A stretch of 47,265 nt of DNA from Octopus bimaculoides (taxonomy: Eukaryota), in NCBI RefSeq assembly GCF_001194135.2, contig NC_068996.1, positions 30,675,749 through 30,723,013 on the forward strand, written 5' to 3'. Every line of letters starts with the position of its first letter. The stretch's first letter is position 1. The translations under genes and the position numbers were made by a program. This document shows, one piece after another, positions 1-13,900 of the stretch. The notes under the pieces were generated by a model. It did not search any database and was not told the DNA's origin. It was given only the letters and a program-made list of their open reading frames with translations.

Positions 1-173
1 ATCTTGAGAGAAAAGCTGAACATAAGAAGCATCAGTAGTGGTGTGCAAGAGAGACGATTGCGCTGGTTTGGACATGTGGTGAGAATGAATGAGGATAGCT
101 GCGTGAAAAAGTGCCACTCCCTAACAGTTGAGGGAACCCGTGGAAGAGGTAGACCCAGGAAGACCTGGGCTGA
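1..173 (+). mobile_element. 3' coding fragment of an RTE-clade LINE, cut by the window start
   Basis: Translates as ...RRLRWFGHVVRMNEDSCVKKCHSLTVEGTRGRGRPRKTW, the post-RT C-terminal motif of RTE LINEs. The DNA closely matches the copy at about 46375-46547 in this window. Confidence 0.8.
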
Positions 174-342
174 AATTAAACCAGCCATATCAGGCCCAAA
201 TATTCTACATGTTTTATGTCCAAACTTGTCAAATTCGGCCTCTCACACCTATCATACAATGAGATAATGTATGATTAATTCAAGCCAATTTGAATAAATA
301 AACATTAAGCTTGACAGAATAATCTGAATGCTAAAGGGTTAT
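174..342. mobile_element. Possible right end of a non-autonomous DNA element (piggyBac-like terminus)
   Basis: Sequence changes abruptly after the LINE fragment and ends in ...GAATGCTAAAGGG|TTAT, resembling an AGGG|TTAA piggyBac-type end. No left end was found. Confidence 0.3.
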
Positions 343-794
343 CAATATACAGATAGATTTAATGTACACGTTAATTTTAAGACCTCCAATTCACTAAAGT
401 CTAGCATATACGAGTGCAAGTGCATCATCATCGAAGGATGTAACACTGCAACGTTTATGAACAAATGAAAATTTAATCTACATCAGCTAGTTCACTAAGA
501 GCACTCACCTAAGTAGCACCAACAGGCTAAGGCATACTTGTCAAGCAGTTAATACAATGAAAAGGAAACACAGAAACAGGTAAAATATATTGCAGAGTCC
601 TAGCAACTGAGATGAAGAAAGGATTAATACCAGTGACTAGAACTGAAAAAGGTAAAACAAATATATATGTCTATTTACAATAAAATTAAAACAAACACAA
701 TTCTTTTTCAATAGAAGTATTAGTTCCAGTGAAAAGAAAATGAGGCAAAATAATACAATATGACAGTGCAATCATGGATGCGCATACATGCACT

Positions 795-825
795 CACACA
801 CGCACGCACACACGCACACACGCAC

Positions 826-868
<43 letters not shown>
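795..868. repeat. (CA)n/(CACG)n microsatellite
   Basis: Directly visible. Confidence 0.97.
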
Positions 869-871
<3 letters not shown>

Positions 872-1399
872 GATGCATTAAGGACATAACTGCAGTTTGG
901 ATGCAATAGCTGGGATACATTGATGTATCTGAGTTCAAAGTTGCTAAATAACCAAAGGAAAAATTTGGATGATATGGATACAGACTTTAAGGAAATGGTC
1001 TTTGTGGTAGAAGATATGCTCAGTTATGAGAAACAAGTACATCAAACTGGTTTGAGATAATGATGTTGAAATTGAAGAAATACTCGAGCAAAAGAAAAAA
1101 TTATTCATGTAGCACAGAAAAATCACATTGAAAATACAGTTTGTTGCTGCAAAATTTAACTTGTACTGTAAGTTTAGATTGATAAAGATAGCAGATGGAT
1201 AGGAAAAGCTGTTAACATAGAGGCAGTGGCAGATAGAGAGGATGTTGACTTGTATTACTGATGAAGTAGATATATGGACCCCAGCATATCTGTGGTTGTT
1301 AAATTCATCTGAAATGAATGCTTCACAGATATTTTTAGGAAACCACTCTCAAATAAGGGCATTAATTGTTCACTTTCTAAACCAACCATCATTTAAAAA

Positions 1400-1800
1400 A
1401 TGATATTCTAACTCTGGAAGAAGTGCAGAAGTTGATCAATCAGATCCTGGCATTGATGGAATTATCTGAGCTGGATATCACCTGTACTTCTAAATAAGAT
1501 ATTAAGCTGGTTGGTACAATTAGTCAATTAATGAATTACACTTGGAAGGTTATCTGTCTGTCAGCATTGCTCTTATCCTTATATAGCTATATGTTGTTGC
1601 TATATGAGGATAAGGATAAGAAAAAGGAATGTGGAAACTATCATGGTATTTCTCTTCTTTTATCTATTGGGAAGATATTTTCAATGGTTCTTCTGAATAA
1701 TTTCCTGTGTCAGTCTGTCATAGTGGGAAGCCAATGTGGTTTTGAGCAAGAAGTTAGATATGATGAATGTAAAACAGTCAAACGTCTTCAAGTGCACAAC
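1400..1800 (+). mobile_element. Highly decayed RTE-like LINE reverse-transcriptase fragment
   Basis: ORF 1531-1806 contains KKECGNYHGISLLLSIGKIFSMVLLN...SQCGF, matching the RTE-type motif 'CGNYRGISLLS.AGK..A..LLNR...ESQCGF'. Confidence 0.5.
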
Positions 1801-1859
1801 TTGTAATCAAGTCTACCAGGATTAACAAATCATATTAGCATGTTGCATAGCAATACATC

Positions 1860-2331
1860 TGTAGTGGCACAAGCAGTCAGTGCCAAGTTGGATGAGATCT
1901 CGCGGCAGCCAATGCCATCTCCAAGACTGGAGCGAGACCTCACCTGCATCCATTTGCCATGCACGAGCTCACAACGAAGCTTGCAATGGCAAACTATATA
2001 AAGGAAGAAACCACAAGGTGCGATCTCTTTCCTGCTGCAACTGTTTGAAGAGCACACTTCACTGGCTGGGCCTCTAGGCTAGTCCACTTGTTGCATCTCC
2101 TGAGACAATGGGCCCCCGCATCGGAGAACGACGAATTCACACCGCATGAGATGGCTGCAAAGAGCAACGTACCACACCTTTGTATATATTGTAAATAAAA
2201 CTAATGGAGAACCTGCATTTTGTCTAATACTTCTTTATTCGACTGCTGGAGCCTTAGCAACATGAAGAATAAGAAATTAATGGGAGAAAGGCGATATTCA
2301 ACCGATATCCAGAACCTTGCCTCTCATTATA
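1860..2331 (+). repeat. Putative 5' LTR of the Gypsy element
   Basis: Starts TGTAG and ends ...TTATA (TACA with a C>T change), 2 nt before a PBS. Internal TATATAAA at 1995-2002 and AATAAA at about 2194. No second LTR is available to confirm the boundaries. Confidence 0.6.
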
Positions 2332-2333
2332 AA

Positions 2334-2345
2334 TGGTGACCTGAC
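2334..2345 (+). promoter_or_regulatory. Primer-binding site, tRNA-Trp-like (degenerate)
   Basis: TGGTGACCTGACG, compared with the recalled tRNA-Trp complement TGGTGACCCCGACG. It lies immediately after the LTR end. Confidence 0.5.
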
Positions 2346-2804
2346 GAGTGAAGGAACTTTGGCAGCTGTAAGAAGCTACAGCACCAGAAGACTCCACTTC
2401 CAGCCATTTGTTCCATCTAGCACCACATTTGAATTGCCTCATGTGAAAACAGGACTTTACCAGTCGCGCGTTACTTTTCTGGCAATTTTTTTTTTCAACT
2501 GACACGAAGAGACGAGAAAAAACAAACAAAAACACACACAAGCCGAGAAAAAAAGCAAACCTTGTTGGTACAGCACACATACATTCACAGTGTTTTTGGC
2601 ATTTTGTTTTGTTTTATTTCAGCACACAAAAGAAAAAAACAGGTTTGGTGATGAAATTTTTTTTTTGTTTATTTGTGCATACAGTACACAATTCCATAAA
2701 TTTTGATCGGGAAATTTTTTTTTCTCGCACATACACTACACATCCAACAATACTTTTGTCATTTATTTTTGGTCCTTTTTTTGTTCTTTCTCCTCTGACA
2801 GAAA

Positions 2805-3500
2805 ATGAGTTTACCTAATCTTCTGTCTTTCACTTGTGACATCACGCTTTGGTTCACACAGTTGGAGGCGTACTTTGCGGCACATGCTGTGCCTTCCCAG
2901 CAGCAGCAGCTAAATCTCCTTTGTAGCATTCCTGCACCACTTGCTACTTCCACCAGGGATCTCATCACAGATCCTCATCCGGATGCGACATACAAGGTGG
3001 TAAAATCCGAGGTTCTCCGACGGAACACTAAATCCACGGAGTCTAAGTTTAAGCAACTAATGCAGGATGAGGAGCTAGGAGACATGATGCCGTCTCAGTT
3101 TTTACATCTCCACGACAACTTGCTCTTATGGAAGCTTTTCTCCTGGCTACCTCCCAATGTGCAAATCATTTTAGTCACAGCAGTTGATACCAACACCATG
3201 GATCAACTAGCTACCATGGCTGATAAAATTTTGGAGTTCACTATCCAGCCAGCACCTCGCCATGTCTGCTCTTGCTCAGAGGTTTCTTCCGCTGCATCTT
3301 CCTCATCACGTGATGAGATTGTGGAGAAACTTGACTCCTTAACATGCCGAATGGATGTGCTTTGGCGAGGGCACTCCAACTCTTCTTGCCGTCGCACTTG
3401 GAGTCAGCCTCATTCACGCTTGACTGATTCTGTTTCCTCTTGTCCCAGTCTTTGTTGATACCATGCCAGGTGTCAGCATAAGGCCCGCAAATGCATTCAG
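2805..3500 (+). pseudogene. Gypsy Gag-like ORF (disrupted)
   Basis: LWFTQLEAYF...Y...K..VLRR...EELGDMMPSQFL...LPPNVQIIL...MDQLATMADKILE is the typical Gypsy Gag N-terminal pattern. It is followed by LC*YHARCQHKARKCIQPC, a CWYH..CxxxC knuckle with TGG>TGA. Confidence 0.8.
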
Positions 3501-3589
3501 CCTTGTTCTTTCCGATCATCAGAAAACGTTCAGCGGAGGTTTTGAGCACGTCAAACACTTCCGACCAATTCTCATCAAATCGGGCATTT

Positions 3590-4402
3590 TTTGTAAAGGA
3601 TCATGTGCCTGGAAAAGCATTTATGGTTCTAGTTGCTCTATTTGGCCTTTGCATCTCGCTACAGACAAGCCAAAGCGTTCAGAGATCACCTTGCATGCGG
3701 TCAATTGGTCTCCCATTGCGACTTACGGTCAAGTTTCCTTACATATTGACATTAATCTTCACTGGGATTTTAGGTGGATTTTTGTCATAGCTGATCTCCC
3801 ACATCCTATTCTGGGTGCGGACAATTTTAATCTATTGGTAGATGTCAGGTGACAGAGACTCGTCGACGGTTCTACGTCTTTGTCTACACATGCAAAGTCA
3901 CTACCAATGCTGTTCTCAGTCCTTCATTTTTTGCTGCCACTGCTGGTGATGCATTTCATTCACTCTTAGTTTCTTTCCTAGAGCTGGTGAATCAGCGATT
4001 CCAAACGGTAAAACCTACTCACTCGACCCTCCACTATATTTCCACCACTGGGCCACCTGTCTTTTCACACCTGCGGTGACTTGCTCCTGACTGTCTTAAG
4101 AAGGTTAGGTCTGAGTTTGAGCAAATGCTCCAGCTTGGCCTTATTCATCCCTCCACCAGCCCCTGGGCATCTCCCCTTCATTTGGCATGAAAAGGGGATT
4201 CTGATTTTCGCCCAGTGGGGGATTACAGACATTTGAATGTGGTCACTGTTCCCGATCGCTACCCTATAAGAAATCTCCAGGACTTCTCTAATTTGCATGG
4301 TTGTACCATTTTTTCTATGGTCGACCTCGTTCGTGCCTATCACCAAATACCAGTCAATCCTAAGGACGTACCAAAAACTGCCATCACTACTCCTTTTGGC
4401 AG
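3590..4402 (+). pseudogene. Gypsy pol fragment: protease lacking its DTG motif and N-terminal half of RT
   Basis: CSIWP...LHAVNWSPIATYG...FRWIFVIADLPHPILGAD (protease C-terminal part). Then [26 protein letters not shown]...[16 protein letters not shown]...KTAITTPFG (RT). Contains stops and frameshifts. Confidence 0.87.
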
Positions 4403-4604
4403 CTATGTTACATTACATATATATTTCCTCCTACTTATGTATCAAGTACATTATTTTTGTTTCCATAATCTGTGTTTATACATTACACTGATGCTATTAT
4501 CACATGTTGTATCAAAAGCATGTGTTGTTATATGATTTGTGATATATTTCAGTACAATGTATTGTAGAGTACTTTTTACAAACAAAAACAAGAGTATCAG
4601 CTAT

Positions 4605-5465
4605 GAATCTACAATATAAAGAATATTTTCACTCTCTCTAACAAGAAGTAGATTAAGAAGTTACTGGAGAAAGCTGAAGATGTAGTTAAATGCGTGTGCT
4701 AAAAAGTTTCTTCTTTGATTCTGAAAGCATCCATCTCTGATAGAATAGGATATAACTGAATGAAGGACCTAATATCCTTTGAATTCAACCTTTCAGACAT
4801 TGTATACAACATAAAGTTCTGTAAGTACACTAGCACCACCCAAGGAAAATTTATATTTACTTATAAAACAATAGGCCATTATGAAGTAGAAAATGGTACC
4901 TACAATCAACTTCTGGTTATACCCATAATAATTCAAAGACTAATTAATAAAATACAATAAAGAGGCAAAAAATATGGCTCATAAATAAAATAAGACAATA
5001 AATTACACTGTTTAAATAAATGTGAGACGTTTGTCATACTTATGGACAACACGGGAAATTTTTAACTCTAATCCCAAATGTAGATTGATCAACCTTACTG
5101 AATTAATTAACAAGAAAATTTCAAGTAATATTAGTAATAAAAAGATAATCAACTTCCACCTATAGAACAATTGCAAAACAGTTATTAGTTGGTTTAATAA
5201 TATTAATAAAAGAGACTCAAAATTTATCCAATCTATATAGGTGAATTTGACCCTCTAGCTTTAATTTTTTCACCAGTGTCCTGCCTAAGATCTGCTAAGA
5301 TATATATCATAGGACGTAATGAAATAGAGATTATACATACAAAGCAAACTTCACCTTTTATAATAAAGATTTTACTTGGGTCAGAAAGCCAGGTTCAAAG
5401 GTTCTATCAAGGTATGGGGTTGTACAATAGTACAGAGATATGCACTCTTGTTGCACTATACATTC
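4605..5465 (+). mobile_element. Decayed Penelope-like element (PLE) RT fragment
   Basis: Patchy translations KLLEKAEDVVK, DLISFEFNLSDIVYNIKF, KTVISWFNNINK, KFIQ..IGEFDP and MGLYNSTEICTLVALYI. These resemble, in order, recalled PLE RT motifs (K.E..IKRMRWKA; VI.WF; FDI.EFYPS; MGSYDGAE.CELVGLY). Confidence 0.55.
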
Positions 5466-5510
5466 AAAGTCCACTTAATAGTGGGTTAGCAATAGTTCAG
5501 TATGCCAATG

Positions 5511-6085
5511 TACATACTTTAGGTACTTTAAGACAGATTAATACATTCAATAATGTCTGAAAAAAACAACAAAAAAACTATTATAACTAATTTAAACTTA
5601 GTTTTTGTAGATACTGCAATTATTTTAACAATAAACTTATACAAAAATCTAACCCCAAATTTGCTTATAATAGTATGTTTGTGATACCCACCAATAGTTT
5701 TTAAAAACCTTATTTACTATATCATTAGAAAGATCTCTAATTTTTCATCAAACCTCACCATTCCAAACTGAGACACCAGAACATTGTTTAGTTCACACCC
5801 TTTTTGTTGAACACTAAGTTGTGTATTGTGAATAATTTCCTAGTTTTAATTGATAATCATTTCTTTATTAATCATTGATTCAAGAAAACTATTTTATGTA
5901 GAGAGCTAGAGAGAAACTGAAAGAAGTGTACAATTTCTTGTACACTTCTTTCAGTTTCTACATACTTTAGGTACTTTAAGACAGATTAATACATTCAATA
6001 ATGTCTGAAAAAATTAAAAAAAAAAAACTATTATAACTAATTTAAACTTAGTTTTTGTAGATACTGCAATTATTTTAACAATAAA
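5511..6085. repeat. Direct repeat of about 125 bp (5511-5635 and 5959-6085)
   Basis: TACATACTTTAGGTACTTTAAGACAG...TTTTAACAATAAA occurs twice. The copies differ only around the internal A-run. Confidence 0.95.
5912..5959. repeat. Perfect hairpin, 22-bp stem with 4-nt loop
   Basis: AGAAACTGAAAGAAGTGTACAA-TTTC-TTGTACACTTCTTTCAGTTTCT; the arms are exact reverse complements. Confidence 0.95.
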
Positions 6086-6517
6086 GAAGGAAGAGAAAGA
6101 CTTTTATTCTTTTGCTGGTTTCAACCTCTATTTCTCAAACTGCTCATTACAGGACAACAGAAATTATTAACAAACACGCACACACATGCTTTAATGCAGT
6201 CTCTGTTTACTGTGTTCCATTCAAAAGTTATTGGTCAAACTGAGACTATAGCAGAACACAAATGCCTAAGATACTACAAAAATAGAATAGAACCATGTGG
6301 CTGTGCAAGGCCATGTCACACTGCTCCCAAACAGTCAAATAAATAGTTACATTTAATAAATAAATAGATAGATAGAAATAAATAAAATTATGCTAATATA
6401 TACACAGACAGTAAATGAAAATGTTTTTGAAGTTTTATTTATTTGTATTTATTAACATAAATTTGCATAAATAATAGTCATCTATATACACATATGTATA
6501 CATGAATATGTATATGC

Positions 6518-6635
<118 letters not shown>

Positions 6636-9068
6636 TATACATACATACATATATATATATATATAAGGATATACATATACATATTTGTTCAAACAGAAGG
6701 TTATATATACACATACATATATATATATAAACAGATTGGAAGCTGATAGTTATTGCACATTTGAAATGAGCCCGGTGGCATATTTATCAGTTCATATTAA
6801 AAAAAAAAATACAAAGAAACATGATATATGGCCAGAATTTTACAAAGATATATTTAAAGTATATACATACATGAATACATACATTAACACAGAAATACAT
6901 TTTATATATATATATCCTATTTCTATCAGAACTAGATTTATCAAACATACCAGCATGAGTACATCCTAAATCAGCTATATTTAAATTAGACACTAGATTT
7001 TATTATTAACAAGTGGTGAATGTGATCACATATATGTATATATAACAGTACATGCACACACACACACATATGCGTAATATATATAGACATACACACATAT
7101 AAAATCATTGTATATATATGTGTGTGTGTGTGTGTGTGTACATACATACACACACACACAAAGATATAAACATGCTATGTAGTTGGAGGTTAGATCAGGG
7201 CAAAAAGCTTATATAACACAAGTACATGTCATTGAGCCATTGACATCAGATAGACCATACTCTCTAAATATCCATCTGAATTCAGAACTAGACCCATTGG
7301 CATTATTTTATGGGGGTTCAGTGTAATTTGTGCTGGCAATATCAGAAGGAAGGAATTTGTATTGTATGTTACCTTCATTATGCAGTTTGTTCCTGTACCA
7401 CTTCAATTTTAAGCTCTGGTATTGGGCAGACTGATGTATATAAAAGAAATGTTGCGGAGTCAGTTAAAGCATGACAAAGATTTATGGTGGTGGTACTGGC
7501 GTTTATGGCTAATGATGTTATGAGATTATTGTTGCTACATAAATTCAGATTTAGCCCCACTCAATCAAACTGATATCAAAGTGGACTCCATCAGAGTATA
7601 ATATTTGTATGAGCAGACTCATAGGGTGTGGTATGTCCCCATTCAAGTAAGCCTTACTTTGTCAGATAAACTCTTGTAACATACAAGTGGTTGGTTTTGA
7701 ATGATATAGGATAATGAGTCACTGGTCCATCATTTTAGATTCTTTTATCTTTTTGAGGACTGTTTGTATTATACAGCAGTAGGTTTAAGATCTGGTGGTC
7801 ACTACAGTGAAGGCGTTCATGGTAAGCTCTGTCAAAGCGCATTTGCATGTTTATCTGCACTTATCATTGATAACATGCATCCAAGAGCAGTGTTTAATGG
7901 GGCTAATGAAGTTATTAGTGGTCATTTGGTTAGTGCAGCCCCAGGTTTAGCCCTAGTCAAAGAGAAAGACTTCAATATGGACTTGGTTGTAATGTGATAG
8001 TTGTTTGAGTACAGCTCATGATTATTAATGTTGTGGTCTAGCTCCAGGGAAGTTTGCACTGAGCAAATCTATAATGAAAAAAAGGAAGCATTCTAGTAAT
8101 TTCTTTTCTGTGGTGTACCTCAGACTACATCACTCAGTATGTCATTTACTTTTTAATATGGCAGAGTACATTATGAAAGATATTTTACTACTATTTCTAG
8201 TAAGTCAAGTGATACAAACCATAACTCCAACAGATCATTGTTAGTATTGAGTTTAGTCCAAGTCAAATAATTGGGTATTTAATCCACAGATTCAATGCTC
8301 TATATGTTTTGTGGTGTTTTAGGTCATCCCAGGTTAAACAAGTAATCATGCAATGCAGTTGGTTTGACTATCTAGTGTAACATGATCCACAGAACAAACA
8401 CTGAGAAATCCTATGTCCTTTGTTGTCTTGCTAAGAAAAATGTAAAGTCCAGCATGTTGTTGTTATGTTGCCATCAATATATCCCAATTAAAATAATACT
8501 CATAACATATTGGAAACTGGTTTCAAACATCTATGGACGTGAAGCACAGATACAGCATCTTGGAAATTTTATATATTTTTCATATATATATTCCTGAGAT
8601 CAATCCTGATTGCATAGAATGATCAACATAGACTAAATCAGAGCTTGGCAATGTTTTGTTGCGGTTAATGAGTTTATAGCTGATGTGATGTTACCCAATG
8701 TCGAGTAGTCAAACACATATCCCATGAAAATAGTTTAGCTTGAATGATTATAGAAATGTGGCCCACTACTCGTTTGCTACTTGTAGTTTGACTTTCTGTT
8801 GCTGCATGTTATTTTGTTGACACTTTATTTCATCTGTATAATTTTTGAAAGCATTCTTTCACATATTAAATAAGTTGGTCTTTTTATTGACATTTGGTCA
8901 TAGATTCATTCTGTTTCCTCTTTAATTCTGGTTAAGTTGTTATGTTCTTGTTTTGACAAGAACAGTCAGGGCATCTTTGTGAATTTCTTCTATCTTGCAT
9001 GTTGATGCAAGATTTTGGGATAATCTTTGAAATGATTCTTCTTCTATCAACAAAACACTCGATTTGAC

Positions 9069-9140
9069 TTAATTCACTGTAAAAGAACTATCTGGCCATA
9101 CAGACATCTTTCATACTAATCTGGTGTCCAGTCCATCTCA
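9069..9140 (-). mobile_element. Ancient RTE LINE C-terminal fragment (probably part of a larger decayed region, about 7.6-10.1 kb)
   Basis: The minus strand reads RWTGHQISMKDVCMAR*FFYSEL, matching the RTE pattern RWAGH..RM.D.R.PKQ.FYGEL. The extent of the element was not determined. Confidence 0.5.
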
Positions 9141-10934
9141 TTTGATACTTTTGCACAAGTAATGGATGTTTAATTTTTTTTTATCTTTCTAAAGTAATCT
9201 CCTTTGACATCATGGTAGGGTATATAATGTCACTACAGGGTATTTTGTATCCATTAATGTGACCAGGATTGAACAATGGATAACCATATTGTTGCTGGTG
9301 TATAATGTACAGTGAATACTGTTCAGACTCACTCATGTCATACAGTTAGTTGGTTCAACACCTAGGATTTGTTTGCAAATTGAGTATTCCAGGGATATTC
9401 CAGGTGGTGTTCTATAGTGATATCCTATAGTGTTGTGAAGTCCTATATGTGTTCTAGTAAAGACGATAGACACCCATGACATGTACATAGCTGTCTTGAA
9501 TCTCTTGTGCAATGTACTCGACAGATTTAGAAGTTCATAACTATGGCCTTCTTCATGTTGATGATAGTGCTATGCTCAGTATATTATTGTTCACATTGTA
9601 TAGGCCATGTTCAGCTCTGCTCAAAAAATAAAAGTAGGTAGATAGTTTGAATGTTTAGTAATGTGAGTTACAGATTCAGCACTTGATATATATATTGCAA
9701 ACCTTGACCTCATTGAGGACTGTACTGTGTCTAGCTTATTTTTTCTGTGTAATAGCATGTGTTGCTCTTTCCATTCCATAATGTCAACCATGCTCAAACT
9801 CACAAGCCCAAGCCATCTAAGTAGCTTGTTCAAGCAGAGTGCATTTCAGGGTATTCTGTCATGTGTCTTGCTGTGGAGTTTATAGAAGCTGGTTTATAGT
9901 GATGTTTTATAATATAGGTAGCTGTATTTCAGTTGTCCATAGTTGGGATACTCCATGTTCTTCTTTTCTTGAGGACCATATTAAGTCTAGTTTGTTCGAT
10001 CCCTGTAGTTGTTGATGTGATATTACACACCTTCTAGGTCCTTGGTTTAGTAGATAAACCTATGCCATACAGGTAATCAGTTTTGAAAATCTGGGAGTGT
10101 GACCCATAAAACCAAGTTTCCAGGCTAGTCAATATCAGGACTGTATGCACCCAATATATTACTGTTGTGTATATATACCCACTACTTTGCACTCAATTTC
10201 TACAATGAAACAGTATTTTCTTTACCAGGATCCAATGTTCAAAGTTTGCTTTTTTAAGAGTCCAGAGTATGAAAATACCATACAAGGGATCATATGTGAA
10301 ACAAAAATCTGAGAGAAAAAGGGGTTTGCAAATGATTTAAAAAAAAACTACATTAAATGAAAAAAAAATTCTTTGCAGGATCCAAACTATAAGAAGCAGA
10401 ATTGTTTCCAATCTGCTAGTAACCTGTTCATGCATAAATTTAATTTTCAATGTACAATTAATTATAATTAATTAACAAGAAAAGTAAACAATATGAATGG
10501 AAAAGTCATAAACGGATGATTATACAATAGTTCAGATTCATAAAAAGATTATAAAGTGTTTCACATTGAAATACATAATTGGTATTGTATAATTTTCAGG
10601 CTGTCCTGTTTTGGGAATCTTAGCACAAATAATGAGATCAAGATAATTTGAGAAAAATAAAGGATTTCTTTATGGTCTTTCCTATGATTCTTTATCAGTG
10701 CTTTATTGTGCCTCTTTTGTACAAATCTTAAAGGTTCTGTTTTGATTATTAAAAAAAAAAAAGATCTGTGGATTTAATTGAAGTGTGCCTTTTAAAGATC
10801 TAACTTTTTAAAAAATGGTAATAGATTGATATAGTCTTTGAGGTATTAGTTACTATTGTAGTTCTTATACATATATCAAAAATAAAAAGAAAATACTACT
10901 CAGTATGTGTACATATATGTAAGAATGTATGTGT

Positions 10935-10967
10935 GTATGTATGTATGTATGTATGTATGTATGTATG
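10935..10967. repeat. (TATG)n microsatellite
   Basis: Directly visible. Confidence 0.9.
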
Positions 10968-13900
10968 AGTGCATGCATAAAAGAAATCTTTCCACAAAAA
11001 GCAAGCAAAAGTTTTACTCTCTATGTAACTGTAACAACCTAATACCTAATATCATGAATTTTACAAAATCTTGGTCACAGTTGATTTGGTTTTGGTCTGG
11101 ATATATCACTGACTTTTTTAAAAGCAGTCAAAAGAAAGGGAAGGACCAAAAACAAAGGTCAAATAACTGTCAAAACTTCAAAGGTGAACAGTTACACTTG
11201 GTTTATTTGATAAAATTTCTCTAAATGCTTTTTTGAAGTTTAATATTAAAAAAATTCTACTGTTAGCATTTACATTTTGTTCATTCCCTAAATTCTGAAG
11301 TGAAAGGGTACAGGCAATTTTTGGTTATAATCAATCCATTTCTTTTGAGGGGTCAGGATATTATATGTACTTGTGTGTGTGTGTATGTGTGTGTGTGTGT
11401 GTAGATATGTTTTTCTTTTCCATTTAGACATCAAAAGTTAAAATCAAAACCAAAAATCAGAGATCTGATTAAAAAAAAAATTTTGTTCAGTTTTTGCATG
11501 GATTGTATGTTTTTTTTCCCTTCGATTAATAAATTTGTTCTGAATCAGAAAAATAAGTGTGAAACTGAGATTAAATTTGATGGTCACACTTTATACAAAA
11601 TTTATTTCTTTTCCTTTATTCCCAAAATTACATTTCTAGTTAATCTGTTACTCTACTCCAAAACAAATCAGAACTTTTTGTTATATAAGGAATATTTGGC
11701 TACAACACTTCTAGTTTGGCTACTCAGAAGTTGCAGAACAGAACAAGAATCAAAACCAAAATCAAAAATCAAATTTGATAGCTGAAGCCAATTACAAGAT
11801 TGTTTGTCATTCAGTCTTATTTTGATCTAATACATCCAGTCTGTCTGTAGTTTCAGTTTTGGTCATAAAACAATTAAGAAGAAGGAAGGGATGTCAGAAA
11901 CAAATAATCAATGTTTGGCCTTTTGAGGTCAAAATAAGGGTAACTTTTGGTCTATCACTTCTGGTCTAATTTGAAAGTTCATATATAATTGATTCATTTT
12001 CATTTCCACTACAATCTCCCCATGAATGACCACACATTTTGTCCAAATGTGACTTGAAGTCCATACATAATTCCTATTTTATTTTTATTACATCTTAACC
12101 CAAAATAGTTTCTAGTTCCATTTCTGTCCAAAGTCCAAAGTGAAAAACACTTCAAATGAAATTTATAAGTCACATATCATATTCCTGATATCATTTGCCA
12201 CTATGTTACAGCTGGTTATTTTTGATTTGCGATGAGATCGAACAGTAGTCAAAAGATTTTGGGGGGTTTTTCCACCACAAAATCATTGTTTATTCTTTCT
12301 GGTTTAAGTGCGGTTTTAATTTTCAATTTTAATTTTAATTGCAGTAAGGATGAGAAAGATGTGGATATGTAAAAAAAAATCAAAGACAGGAAAAAATTAA
12401 CTCCAGTTGCAGTTGAATTCAAAAGTCACAGCTCATACAGGATACAATTGTTTTTGTAATACTTCATTATTTTAGGTCACTTAGAAGTTTAAAGCTCAAA
12501 GCTGATAAATTATTCATTTTTTTAACCACATTCCCACAAAATGACAATAACTTCCTTAATTCTGGCCAACTGTCATGCAAAATTCCTAAAAATAATTTGA
12601 GGTTGAATTCAAAGAAGAAAATTTAAAAAAATAAGGTGTTAACAACAGAGCAGCCTTTTTGATATAGAACCTATATACCAATGGGAAGGCATATTGCTAT
12701 ACTAAACTTGCTTGAGGCACAGACCCCATGACAAAGTTCTCCTGAGAAGTTTCAAATCTCAAGTAAATCCAAGTTGAAGCAATTCTGCCTCTTCAAATAA
12801 ATTACAACATTGAATTTCTTTAGGACAACAACAATAACAAAAACAAAAGTCAAATTCAAAGATCAAAGTGCATGCATAATTTTCTTTGATGTTATATACC
12901 TCAAAAATTGTAGAGAATATCTAGTGCATCTCTTTGAGTTATAGTTCTTACATGATTCTTTATTTCTCTTTCCAATTTACTTTCTTCCAAAATGATGGTT
13001 AATTATATGTCCATCACTTCTGTTCTATACTTGAGTTCACAGATGAGCAAATTTTAAAATTGTTTTTCATCAAAAATTACAGTAACTTCCAGCCAATTAA
13101 AGCTGCAATAGCTAAAATTGAAGATCGAGCTGATATGTGATTCCCATTTTTCCAGTCATATTTCCAGTCATTCCATAGTTTTCTTTTGGTCAGAATAGGT
13201 GAAATGAAGGGGAGAAAGGTAGAAGTTGATAAAAATTTAGAAGTTTTAAAATTGAAAAGTTTTAAGCAAATCAATTATCATAGGTCATAAGTAGTTATTT
13301 TTGTCACCATTCCTTAATACTTGTTACGTTTAGTATCTACCATTCAATCTGTGGTTCATTTTTGGTTATGAGAGAACCTGTTTTTTTTTTTTTTGATAGT
13401 ATTAATAAACAAAGATGAAGTTCATACATAATTTTTCTTTTGCTTTCTAAATTTACAAATCAAAGCTGATTAATCACTTCTGGTTAATAGTGTTTCTATT
13501 TTTATTTTTTATCCATTGAAAGATAGAGATTGAAGTTAGAATGAAAAAAAGCAAAAGCCAAAGGCAAAGGAAAAAGCTGAGTGAAAATTAGAAGTGTGAA
13601 CGCAAGTTGGAAGTTAAATGATGTTAATTAATAGTCCCCTTTAATTACAGAGTGGGCAGAGATTGATGCTAGTAGTCAGAAAACTAAGGTCGAAAGTTAA
13701 ACAGATAATTTGGAATTAAGTTTGAAAACCAAAATGTCATGCATGGTCACATCTAGTCTAGTTTTGGTTTCACAGAAAGATGAATAATAAGGCAATTTAA
13801 ATTTGGTGTTAGTATTAAGGTTAGACTTAAGGTTAAGTGTTAAGATAGAGGTTTTTGTTAAGTTAAGTTAGAGCAGGGTTTATAGCCAGCTTAAGTTTCA

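Larger units (their letters stand above)
1860..4402 (+). mobile_element. Ty3/Gypsy LTR retrotransposon, degenerate and 3'-truncated (5' LTR, PBS, gag, protease, partial RT)
   Basis: LTR-like segment, PBS, Gag-like ORF, aspartic-protease remnants and RT N-terminal motifs occur in the canonical order. Similarity stops after ...KTAITTPFG, before the YxDD motif. No integrase or 3' LTR. Confidence 0.88.
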
